Assembly: GCA_020137815.1 (NCBI GenBank)
Contig: CM035351.1
Coordinates: forward strand, 4,278,001-4,342,000
Origin: Hormiphora californensis
Taxonomy: Eukaryota; Animalia; Ctenophora
Length of the DNA: 64,000 bases
Direction: 5' to 3'
Below the pieces are notes generated by a model. It was not told the DNA's origin and did not search any database. It saw only the letters and a program-made list of their open reading frames with translations. The translations under genes and the position numbers were made by a program. Of this stretch, positions 10,136 through 20,815 are shown piece after piece (within the stretch, counting starts at the first letter, position 1; each line of letters opens with the position of its first letter).

Positions 10136-11724
10136 TCAATACTGAAGGAAGATACTGGAGGGGACGTTACGGTCTGGTACCACGCTGGGTATGTAATGGT
10201 AGAACGTGGCGGGCACTATCGGACCAGAGATCATGTACACTGAAGGTGGGGTTGTCATGGGAACAGCTGGGGTTGTCATGGGAACAGCTGGGGTTGTCAT
10301 GGGACTGGGAACAGGTGAAGACGACCTGATAGGGGGTCCAGGGAAGCAGCAGGGCCCATTACACGTGGGTTCAGGGCTAACAGGGGGACTATCATGGAGT
10401 GGAGTCTGAGAGGACGGTAGGTCATCCAGAGCAGCAGATCGGTGGTAGGTTCGCCGTGTCTTGTTCTGAGCAGCAGCTGCAAACCGAGGAGGAGGTGCCG
10501 AGATGTTCCTGAGAAGGGAGAGAGTGGGTGTTAGAAGGGAGAGAGGGGGTGTTAGAAGGGAGAGTGGGGTGTTAGATAAGGGAAGGAGGGGTTTTAGAAG
10601 AGAGAGTGGGGTGTTAGATAATTACAGGTTAGGAGGGATTAGGGAGGGAGGGGTTAGGGGAGATAAGCATTTTGGTAGAGAGGGGACTCTGAGGGGTGTT
10701 GAATATTTATAGGTAATGGTGGGAAATGGGAGCACTGTTGAATTAGGGGACAGAGGTGTGAGAACATAGCGACAAGGAATCCCATGAAACTAACTGGGAA
10801 ATTAGGGCACTCCCACCTTTTCCGATGTCCTTTTCGAAGTGACGCCACTCGGAACATGATGGTATAATCTCTGAACTTGAATGTACCCTGTATGGGGAAG
10901 TGTTAGAAAAACAAACAAACAAACAAACAAACAAACAAACAAACAAACAAACAAACAAACAAACAAACAAACAAACAAACAAACAAACAAACAAACAAAC
11001 AAACAAACAAACAAACAAACAAACAAACAAACAAACAAACAAACAAACAAACAAACAAACAAACAAACAACATCTAACACACAGATGTAGACAAACAAAC
11101 TGTACAGTGTACCTGTACAAAGTAAACAAAGTAAACAAACATTGTTTGTCAAACAAACAGACTGTACCTGTTTGATGATATCCCTTAGTTCAGACATCCC
11201 CTGTTCTGATGAGTCCATTGTCACGAATCCATACCCCTTAGAACGTCCCCTCACATCACGTATCAACTTCACGGAAACTGGTAGAGGGAAGAGAGAGAGG
11301 TGTTAGCGGGTTAGATGTCTCCCATCCCCAACCATCTGCATCTGTCTCCCATCCCCGTATACTATGTAACTAACGGCTTCACTATGTAACCCCCTGTCTA
11401 AATTAGCACATGTCAGTGACATGATGTAATCCCCCAAACGAAAAACCCTCTCACATGTAAATTACAACCCACACTGTCTAGTGTCTACTATCTAGATCAG
11501 TACACGTCCCTCCTCTACATAATACACATATCACCCCCTCTACATTGTCTATAACAGTACATATCCCCCCTCTCCATAATACACATGTCACACCCCCTCT
11601 ACATTGTCTAAAGCACACACCATGTACCTGGGTGGTAGTATTGGTTGCGGAGAAAGTCCAGGAGATCCTCCTCTGTAACATGGGTTAGTAGGTTACCAAC
11701 AAAGATCTGGTTATCAAGAGACAT
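10136..11724 (-). CDS. Boule/DAZ-like single-RRM protein, copy C (exons 11724-11628, 11277-11168, about 10886-10816, about 10508-10136)
   Basis: MSLDNQIFVGNLLTHVTEEDLLDFL, VKLIRDVRGRSKGYGFVTM (Boule: VKIITDRAGVSKGYGFVTF), IMFRVASLRK; Pro-rich tail ending PSSIFLQY*; frame consistent across junctions. Confidence 0.82.
10909..11070. repeat. (AAAC)n microsatellite, about 40 units, intronic
   Basis: Direct inspection; similar tracts at 8428-8533 and 31697-31841. Confidence 0.98.
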
Positions 11725-12190
11725 ACTGGGGGCTGCTATAATAATGAGAGGGTGGGATTAGATCGGGATAAAGATGGGGGCAACAGGGGGTAGAGGGTGG
11801 GTTAGATGGGGTGGGGTTAGATCGGGACAACAAGGGGCAGAGGGTGGGGTTAGATCGGGATAAAGATGGGGCCAACAGGGGTATAGGGTGGGGACAACTG
11901 GGCCGGGTAGATGCGGCGGGAAGGGTGCTAGATAGCGAGGGATGGATTAAAACAAGAAGTTCTTGAGAACTGATTAGAATTAGTTACACTGTAACAAATG
12001 TTTGGTTATTAAAAACAATGTTTTAACGAATAAAAAACCTCACTCCGGGAGGCTAAAAATGATTATAAATCCCTTTGAACATAAACAACAATGTCTCTGA
12101 TACTGTCTCTAACAAGTGGCGTGGAGCAGATTCGGTGGTGCAAAGTATACCAGAAAAGTTGGGCAAGAAGATGAGCTTCCTAGGGAGAAT

Positions 12191-15100
12191 TCAGTTGGAT
12201 CTTTGCCAGCCCGACAAGGTCCAGAATGGAGTGGGGGCGTTCTCAGGATAGGTTGCAGTGGGAAGAGAGGAGGGACTGGGGTTGAATCGGTGAGATTCAG
12301 GGAAAGAGGAAAGTTCAGATTTAACCTAATGGGAGAGTGGTGATTAAAAAAGAGAATCAATCGGGATCAGTAGGGTTCAAACTTGTTGATGAGCAAGAGA
12401 TGGAACCCTTACGGCTTACTCAATAAGTACAAACAGGGACAACAAAGACTCGAGATTCGGGACGATGGAAATCTGACAGACAAACAAGTTACTAACCTCT
12501 TTACTAGGTTTCATGGTGGTGGAGGCTGGGAAGGGGTTGCACGTGGATGTCTGCTCTGTCCTGGGCCTCTTTGTAGACTGTCCGCTCAGATCTTGATCCT
12601 GCGTGGGAGAGAGAGAGAGGTGTGAGAGATAAAATACATAATCATACTGCTATAATAGGAGACGATCTAATAGTCACTGCGCTGGCAAGCGCAAAGGTGG
12701 CCCCATCCCCTCCCCCCTAAAACTTTTCCCGAAAAAGTGGGCCCGCTTGCCAACAGCGTAGATATAACAATTTTCAAGTTTTAGCCCATTTTGGCACTTT
12801 TCGACCCCTCCTAACTCCGGAACCAGATGAGCTAGGAGGCTGAAATTTGGTACTAAGAAGCTTCACATAGACCTCTACTGACGGTAAAAATTTCAAGTAG
12901 CTAGCTCATTCCGGTCGCAAGTTATGACACCACCCCCAAAACAGAAAATTCAGTGTGGCGATAGGTATATAGATATATATATAGATAGATATAGACGCTT
13001 CACTGTGTAACACTTGTAGCCCGAACCATACTAGCTAGAGACTTGAACCAAGTTTTATCCATTAGGAAATCGTTCGGGGCATGCATTAGTTAAGGTTTCA
13101 AGTGAAAATGTCCACTATGACGGGCGTAATGACGTCACAAAGTGACGTCATTGAAAAATCTCAGACCAAATATTTTCAAACGCCTCTAGCACCCTCAAGA
13201 CATTTTCCAATTCCTGATTTGACGCAAAATCGTTAGTGGGAAATTGTCTGAACTTTCAGATACTATATTGCAAATTTTTCTAACTTGTCATTTTCAGACC
13301 TTAAAACGCGTCGGAACTCAAAAATTTGATGTGAAAATCCACAGAAAAACTCACATTTCGTGCAATAACTTCAGTTCTTAACTACCATGGCCTTTAAAAC
13401 TTTTCACACGTTTAGTGCTTCATTGGTCTGTCATAATTTTTTTACGTCGTCGTGACGTCACGTGTGACGTCACGACGTCAAAACGACGTCGAATTTTGAA
13501 AATTTCGTCAAATCAGTTTCCTACAACCCAGGTACATTTGAATTACATTTGAACACTTTAGTTGACAAATAGCTTAGTTGTTTGAGGTCATAAATGACCT
13601 CAAACGACCAAAAAAGATTACAAATTTAGAGCAAAAACTAATTGAAATTAGTTCGCCAGAAAGGTGGCCCATTTTGAACTTACTCCTTCATTTCCGTCAC
13701 CTTTGAGTTGAAGGCGGAAAAGTTTAAGGATACCTCAATGTCTTTGAAGTCTCAACTCAAAGGTGACGGAAATGAAGGAGTAAGTTCAAAATGGGCCACC
13801 TTTCTGGCGAACTAATTTCAATTAGTTTTTGCTCTAAATTAACTAACTAACAAGTATCAACAAGAATTATTGCATTATGTATTCATAATGCGGTGTTTCC
13901 CTGCCAAATGGATTTAAAATTGATGAATAAGCTTCAAAACTGAATTTCCTGATGAATTTTGTGCTCAGAGAGCATTTTTTGGCTGATGCGATGTTGGTTA
14001 CTAACGTAACTAGGTAAGTTGCTATGGTAACCAAAGGCAGTTGCTATGGTAACCAAAGCAGTTCCTATGGTAACCAGGACAGTTGCTATGGCAACCAAGT
14101 CAGTTGCTTAGGAGACCCCAGTTGGTTACCAAGTGCTTCAACTTTAACCGCATCTCAACTCGAGTCACTAGTGTGACAGTAGTTTCATGCTTGGAAGACG
14201 TTCTATCACTTCATAGCATGGCTGTAGGGTGCCCAAAGTGATTTCAGGTGATAGTTGGAAGTGCTATCAGCGAGTAATTGCGCGCCACAATGTGTGTTAA
14301 TCATTTCCTTTGTTGAATCACCGAAGCGTGAGATGAAAGTTTTATGAAGGAGCAGACTTGTTGTTAGGCGTTGTCCGTGACGGACGGACGGACACTTTTA
14401 GTTAACTACACAATCTGCTGATTTCTAAACCCTGAATGATCTTTTTAGCACGTGCGTGCTAAAAAGATCATCCCGGGTGATTGCCTTCGGCAATCACCCG
14501 GGCAGGGAAACTAGGCCTAGAATCAAGATAGCTAACTACGTGACTAGAGTCTAGACGCTTACCTCTTGGGCTCGCCGTCGCTTGCGGGTAGGTGAGTGGG
14601 CGAGGAAGCTGGCCATGAAGCAGGTGGAACAGGTGCAGTCACACTTCCCATCGTGCTGACAGGATAGGCAGTCCTCAGAATCAGGCTTTGGAATCATCTG
14701 TGTGGAGAGGGGAGGGTTAGAAACTGTTGGGGCGGTCTAGGTGGTCTAGGAGAGTGGGATTGGTCTAGGATAGTGGGGTTGGTCTAGGAGACTAGGAGAG
14801 TGGGGTTGGTCTAGGAGAGTGGGGCTGGTCTAGGAGAGTGGGGTTGGTCTAGGAGAGTGGGGTTGGTCTAGGAGAGTGGGGTTGGTCTATGAGAGTGGGG
14901 TTGGTCTAGGAGAGTGGGGTTGGTCTAGGAGAGTGGGGTTGGTCTAGGAGAGTGGGGTTGGTCTAGGATAGTGGCCAGTGGGGTTGGTCTAGGATAGTGG
15001 GGTTGGTCTAGGATAGTGGGGTTGGTCTAGGATAGTGGGGTTGGTCTAGGATAGTGGGGTTGGTCTAGGATAGTGGGGTTGGTCTAGGAGACTAGGAGAG

Positions 15101-18009
15101 TGGGGTTGGTCTAGGAGAGTGGGGTTGGTCTAGGAGAGTGGGGTTGGTCTAGGTTAGTGGGGTTGGTCTAGGAGAGTGTGGGGGCAGTCGTAGGGAATTT
15201 AGCAGTAGGGACAATAGAATCTTCCCACGCAGAACACGGGGGAGTGTAGTAGAAACACTTACACGTACCTGGTGGTCGGAAGAGCGGGCAGGGCTAGACC
15301 GGGCAGGACTGTTAGGAGTGGAGTTGGACTGGGTAGGGCTGGAGGTGGACTGGGCAGGACTGGTAGGTGGAGAAGAGATAAATAATACCGGGTGTGTAGG
15401 AGAGTAAGGCAGATTCTGTTTCAAGGCCCTGATATCACAGCACACATCACAGCAGCACCCACAGTCGCCGTCGTAGTAACATGTGGTACAGTTGGTTACA
15501 TTCAACTCGGATTCCGGCTCTGAGTGGTCCTGGAGGGGAGGAGAGGGGGTGTTAGGGCCTGGTTGATCAGGGGGTGAGTTAGGAGAAAGGTTTTGGGGTG
15601 GGATAAATGTTACTACGACAGGGGAACTGGTGTTTGGGTTCAAATGGCCGGGGTTGACTAGATGAGTTATACGAGGGTAAATCAGGGGCTAGGGCCTAAG
15701 GGAGGGTTGTGGAGACACAAACCTTATCACAGTAATCATCAACATCATCAGCTTCAGGACGGAATCTCTTGGCTGCAGGACGGGATGTGATCTCCTCTTC
15801 AGTCTGGGTCTCAGCTTCCATTCGGGATCTCTTTGATGCAGGGCCGGGTTGTTCCTCTTCAGCTTCAATGTCATCTTCCTTAGACGGAGGAAGGGTGTTA
15901 GAGGGTTGGTAAATGGGGACAATGTTAGAGGGTTGGTAAATGGGGGGCAGTGAGGGTTGGGAAAGATAAAAAGGGGTCAATGTTTAGGGGATTTGGTAAC
16001 AATAGGGGGACACCTTCCTACCAGTTCACTTACCGATGCGTGATGTCGCTGTCTCCTCTTCTCAGTCTCCTCAGGGCACGTGGGACAGGGGCATCTATTG
16101 CCGGGCAGCTGGGTACAAGGGCAGATGGGAGGGTCCTGGCCTTCTGAGCGGGTCATTATCTCACGGTAACAGGTGGGGCAACAGGTACAGAGTGGGGCTG
16201 ACAGTGGCCCATCCTGGGAGGGGAGAATGGAGGTTAGATGTGGTGGGGCAACAGGTACAGAGTGGGGCTGACAGTGGCCCATCCTGGGAGGGGAGAATGG
16301 GGGTTAGTTTGGTGGGGCAACATGTACAGAGTGGGGCTGACAGTGGGTCATCCTGGGAGGGGAGAATGGGGGTTAGTTTGGTGGGGCAACAGGTACAGAG
16401 TGGGGCTGGCAGTGGGCCATCCTGGGAGGGGAGAATGGGGTTAGTTTGGTGGGGCAACATGTACAGAGTGGGGCTGGCAGTGGGCCATCCTGGGAGGGGA
16501 GAATGGAGGTTAGATGTGGTGTTAGTTGGGGGGTTAGTTTGGTGGGGCAACAGGTACAGAGTGGGGCTGACAGTGGGTCATCCTGGGAGGGGAGAATGGG
16601 GGTTAGTTTGGTGGGGCAACAGGTACAGAGTGGGGCTGGCAGTGGGCCATCCTGGGAGGGGAGAATGGGGGTTAGTTTGGTGGGGCAACAGGTACAGAGT
16701 GGGGCTGACAGTGGGCCATCCTGGGAGGGGACAGGTTAGATGTGGTGTTAGTTGGGGGGGGGGGGGTTAGTTGGAGAATATCCGGGTATTGGGGAGTGAG
16801 CTACCAGTGCAGGGGTTAGTGGGATGGGTATTAGTAGGCTGTAGGGGTGTGAGCAGGGGTGTGAGCAGGGAGTTAGTTGGGGAATAGCAGTTAGGGATTT
16901 AGTGTGTTAAACGTGGGGCTGTTAAGGGGTAACTAGTTACTAACCACACCACGCACCTTAGCAGGAAAGTTCACACAGTCCACGTCTTCCTGGGATCCCA
17001 GGGAGGTGTCAGGTTCATCCAGGGAGGTGTCAGGTTCATCCTGTTCCTCTTCTTGATCGTCCTGGTGTTAGGAGAGGGGGTGTTAGGAGAGGGGGTGTTA
17101 GAAGAGGGGGTGTTAGAAGATGGGGTGTTAGAAGAGGGGGTGTTAGGAGAGGGGTGTTAGGAGAGGGGGTGTTAGGAGAGGGGTGTTAGGAGAGGGGGTG
17201 TTAGAAGATGGGGTGTTAGAAGATGGGATGGGGTTAGAAAAGGAGCAGTGTTAGGGTTCTAGGGGTGTTAGGTGAGATGAGGGTCATAAACAGGGGCTAT
17301 TCAAACTCACATCAAAGATAGGGTCGAGGAGATGCTGTCTGACAGATACGAGCCGGTTCATGATCCTATCCTCACTCTCCAACCTATCATCAGGGGTACT
17401 AGAGTCGATGGGACCAAAGAGGGTGAGATGTTGGGTGATCGCATCAGCCATCATGGGTCCAACATTCAGAAAGTCAATCATCTCCCACGCCTCTTCCACC
17501 TGAAGGAATGAAGAAGGAGTTAGGCTGGGTGACAGGGGGGGGGGTTGACAATAATAATGGGGGAGGTAATGGGGGTTTGGCAACAATTGGGAGGGTAGCG
17601 ATTGGGGATTCAGAACCGGAGGTAATGGGGAAACAGATTGGTTAAATTAGTTGCAGACTGGGTCATGTGGATTTGCGGGATCACAATCGGGAGGGGGGTT
17701 GGAATAGAGATGGGGTTTAACAACTAGCGGGGTTACAATGGGAGGGGGGTTTTAATGGGGGGGTTGCAATAGAGATGGGTTTACAATGGGGGGTTGGAAT
17801 AGAGATGGGGTTTAACAACTAGCGGGGTTACAATAGAGATGGGGTTACAATGGGGGTTTGCAATAGAGGTGGGAATTAACAACTAGCGGGGTCACAATGG
17901 GAGGGTCAAAATGGCAGGGACACAATGGGGGGAGGGAATGGATTGCACTTACACAGCAGGGGCAAGATGAATCGACATCAGATAACGAGTTAGTAGGTAC
18001 AGGACACAT
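12191..18009 (-). CDS. Uncharacterised about 439-aa protein with Cys clusters and repeated NLS-like motifs; 9 exons (18009-17953, 17499-17311, 17061-16957, 16213-16034, 15878-15723, 15529-15269, 14697-14563, 12598-12497, 12325-12191)
   Basis: All nine exons have GT/AG borders, lengths divisible by 3 and join into one ORF; motifs CTTCYYDGDCGCCCDVCC, CLSCQHDGKCDCTCSTC, KRSRME, KRFRPE, KRPRTE. Confidence 0.65.
12670..13845 (-). mobile_element. Helentron-associated (HINE/DINE-1-like) non-autonomous element with an 89-bp terminal inverted repeat
   Basis: Stem-loop GCGCTGGCAAGCGC next to subTIR AAAGGTGGCCC (12693-12703), matched by GGGCCACCTTT (13793-13803); internal ATAG/AT microsatellite; perfect IR 13623-13711 / 13752-13840. 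Confidence 0.6.
13859..14512 (-). mobile_element. HINE/DINE-1-like element, family 2 copy 1
   Basis: AACAAGAATT end, stem-loop GCATTATG-TATT-CATAATGC, subTIRs TTTCCCTGCC/GGCAGGGAAA, terminal palindrome CCCGGGTGATTGCC-TTC-GGCAATCACCCGGG, (GGAC)n microsatellite. Confidence 0.8.
14745..15176. repeat. 19-bp intronic minisatellite (GGTCTAGGAGAGTGGGGTT)
   Basis: About 21 copies. Confidence 0.95.
16172..16730. repeat. About 69-bp tandem repeat x8 spanning an intron/exon acceptor junction
   Basis: Each minus-strand unit contains CCCTCCCAG|GATG and encodes DGPLSAPLCTCCPT or a close variant. Confidence 0.92.
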
Positions 18010-18505
18010 CGCAATACAGCTGGCTAGGGAGGGTTTTAGTGGGAGATAATTATTATCAGAAAAGATGTCATTTCAAAGCAGGCAAATTCTACAAATAACA
18101 AGGCAAAGTCTACACAGTATTATAGCCAAGCAATACAGTCAATACTGGTAGAATGACTTTGCAATAACAAATAAGCGGAGATGCTGTCTCAACAATAACT
18201 GACTGGTTTAGAAATTAGAATGAGGCTAGAAAAGTCAGCAGTATACTGAGTACAGCAGGGATCTGGTGACAAAGCGTGAGTGAGGTAAACGGCAAATGCC
18301 CAAATGGAGTAACACTAACAGATAGTCGTGAATCAATATCAATTGCTTCACTAATCAACAACATTACAGTTTGCTAAGCGACATGTCGATTTGCTACGCA
18401 AATTGAAATTGAAAGTGATCGGTCTGCTGCTCCAGTAGTATAGGCAATTTAGGCAAAACGAGTGGACAAGGTGACAGATGGAAATCTGGTTTTTAGCTTG
18501 TAATA

Positions 18506-19291
18506 AGGGCAATGGTAATTGGTATCGCAAGCTAGTTGGAGAGAGAGGGTTGGTCTAGACGACAAAAGGGGTAATGGTATGACAGGCTTGTTGCAGAGAG
18601 AGGGTTGGTCTAGACGACAAAAGGGGCAATGGTATCACAAGCTTGCTGGAGAGAGAGGGCTGGTCTAGACGTCAAAAGGGGCAATGGTATCACAAGCTTG
18701 CTGGAGAGAGAGGGTTGGTCTAGACGTCAAAAGGGGCAATGGTATTACAAGCTTGTTGGAGAGAGAGGGGGTTTGTCTAGACGACAAAAGGGGCAATAGT
18801 ATCACAAGCTTGTTGGAGAGAGGGTTGGTCTAGACGTCAAAAAGGGGCAATGGTATCACAAGCTTGCTGGAGAGAGAGGGCTGGTCTAGACGACAAAAGG
18901 GGCAATGGTATCACAAGCTTGTTGGATAGAGAGAGGGTTGGTCTAGACATCAAAAAGGGGCAATGGTATCACAAGCTTGTTGGAGAGAGAGAGGGTTGGT
19001 CTAGACATCAAAAAGGGGGAATGGTATTACAAGCTTGTTGGAGAGAGAAGGTTGGTCTAGACGTCAAAAGGGGCAATGGTATCACAAGCTTGTTGCAGAG
19101 AGAGAGGGTTTGTCTAGACGACAAAAAGGGGCAATGGTATCACAAGCTTGTTGGAGAGAGAGGGTTGGTCTAGACGACAAAAAAGGGAATGGTATCACAA
19201 GCTTGTTGGAGAGAGAGGGTTGGTCTAGACGACAAAAGGGGCAATTAATAGTATCACAAGCTTGTTGCAGAGAGAGAGGGTTGGTCTAGAC
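18506..19291. repeat. About 56-bp minisatellite x13-14 (GGTATCACAAGCTTGTTGGAGAGAGAGGGTTGGTCTAGACGACAAAAGGGGCAAT)
   Basis: TCTAGAC recurs 14 times at about 56-bp spacing; no unique spacers. Confidence 0.95.
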
Positions 19292-20815
19292 AAGGGTAAC
19301 AAGGGAAGTGAGGTCTGATGTCTGGACATCCGGATTTTATACCCGTCTGAGAGAGAGCAGGCGGGATCGGGAGAGCCAATCAGAAGGTGTTAGTGAAACG
19401 GCCAGCAGCCAATGGGAGACCCTCCAATCAGGTCACGTGACATTCTGCACTGGTCACGTGGGGTACTGCTCCAGACGTTCTACCTGATGATCACCTAGCA
19501 TGCAGGGGCTATTTTGGGACACACAGTGTACCCTAAAGTGCGCTCTCTCTCTCCCGCTTGTCAGCTCTATCTCTCTCTCTCTCTTTCCCGCAAACTCTCT
19601 CTCTCTCTCTCTCCCGCTTGTTACTTGTTAGCTCTCTCTTTCCCTCTCTCTCCTCCTCTCTGCAGTACTTCTCTCACTATTTCTGCTCTCTCTCTGGCTA
19701 ACACGAGGACGTTGTACAAACTGGGGTCCCACAAAAACAAGGGGACACAGAAAGAGAAGAAGAGGAAAAAAAGGTGACGTATTATACCACGCGGCGTCAC
19801 GGAGTCTCAGTCCAACACTGAGTCTCTATCGTGTGTGTGTGTGAGTGTGACAGAAACACAGCAGGGGCTTTATCACACGTGACCAGAACTGCTACCAAGA
19901 AAAATGACTGAGTGAGAGGGAAAGAGAGAGAAAGAGGGGGGAGAGAGAGAGAGGGAGAGATAAGGTACTGGTTCGATTGATGTCGAAGATAAAAAGAGAG
20001 TTGGTATAACAGTAGAGATAATAAGAGAGATAACAGATTAACAGATAGTGAATTCGTGTCGCCGTGTGTGCTACTTTTTCTTTTTTCTCTGATCTCGCGT
20101 TTTCTTTCTCTCTCGCTCTCTCTCTTCACTGTGTTATTTAACCAGTGGATGTCGTGTGAGGTCCAGGTTGTAGGTTTAGTTTTAGGTTTTTAGTAGGTAG
20201 TTTCGATAAACCGATAAACCGACTTGAAAAACTTTTCGGTTTATTTTGTTTGGGGACACACTTTTTTGTTGGTTACGATATAACCCCTTCACGCGCTGAC
20301 AAGGGAGGGTTACTTCGTAACCAAACTTTTTTGTCGATAAATCAATAGAGAAGTCAACTTTTTTGTCAAAAATTCAAAATAAACAATTGCTCAGAATTTT
20401 CATGAGAGGTAAAACAGCACAATTAATTATTAATTAGCATTCAGCATCTCCCTCTATAATAGTCCCGATCCCAGCTGTTGGAGTAATAAGCAAACTATTC
20501 AATATTCATTTCAGCTGATATAGCACATAATCGTACTGCTGCACCAGTCAGCAAGGTGTCCTTCTATAGATAAGACATGGAAGTGTCAGAGCATTGGCCT
20601 GACCCTATTCTCGAGAACTGTGGTCAGAGCATTGATCTGACGGATCTGTCGAAGTGTCCTATCGATGTATCAAGCTGTCAAGGTATCCTGCACCCTTTTT
20701 AAACAAGCTGAGTACCACGTGATACAAACATCCTGGTACTGCAGCACCTGATCTACCGAACCCTTACAGAGCTCACAAGCATCAGCTAATATATCAACAA
20801 TCAACTGAATTCAGT

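Noticed and set aside
10743-11175. ORFs with FVCL/QTNK repeats
   Set aside because: Translations of the intronic (AAAC)n microsatellite.
16036-16770. 244-aa plus-strand repeat ORF and overlapping ORFs
   Set aside because: Antisense read-through of the 69-bp repeat; splice signals support the minus-strand gene.
18506-19291. CRISPR-like regular array (also 4025-4192)
   Set aside because: Head-to-tail repeats without unique spacers, no cas genes, eukaryotic context.
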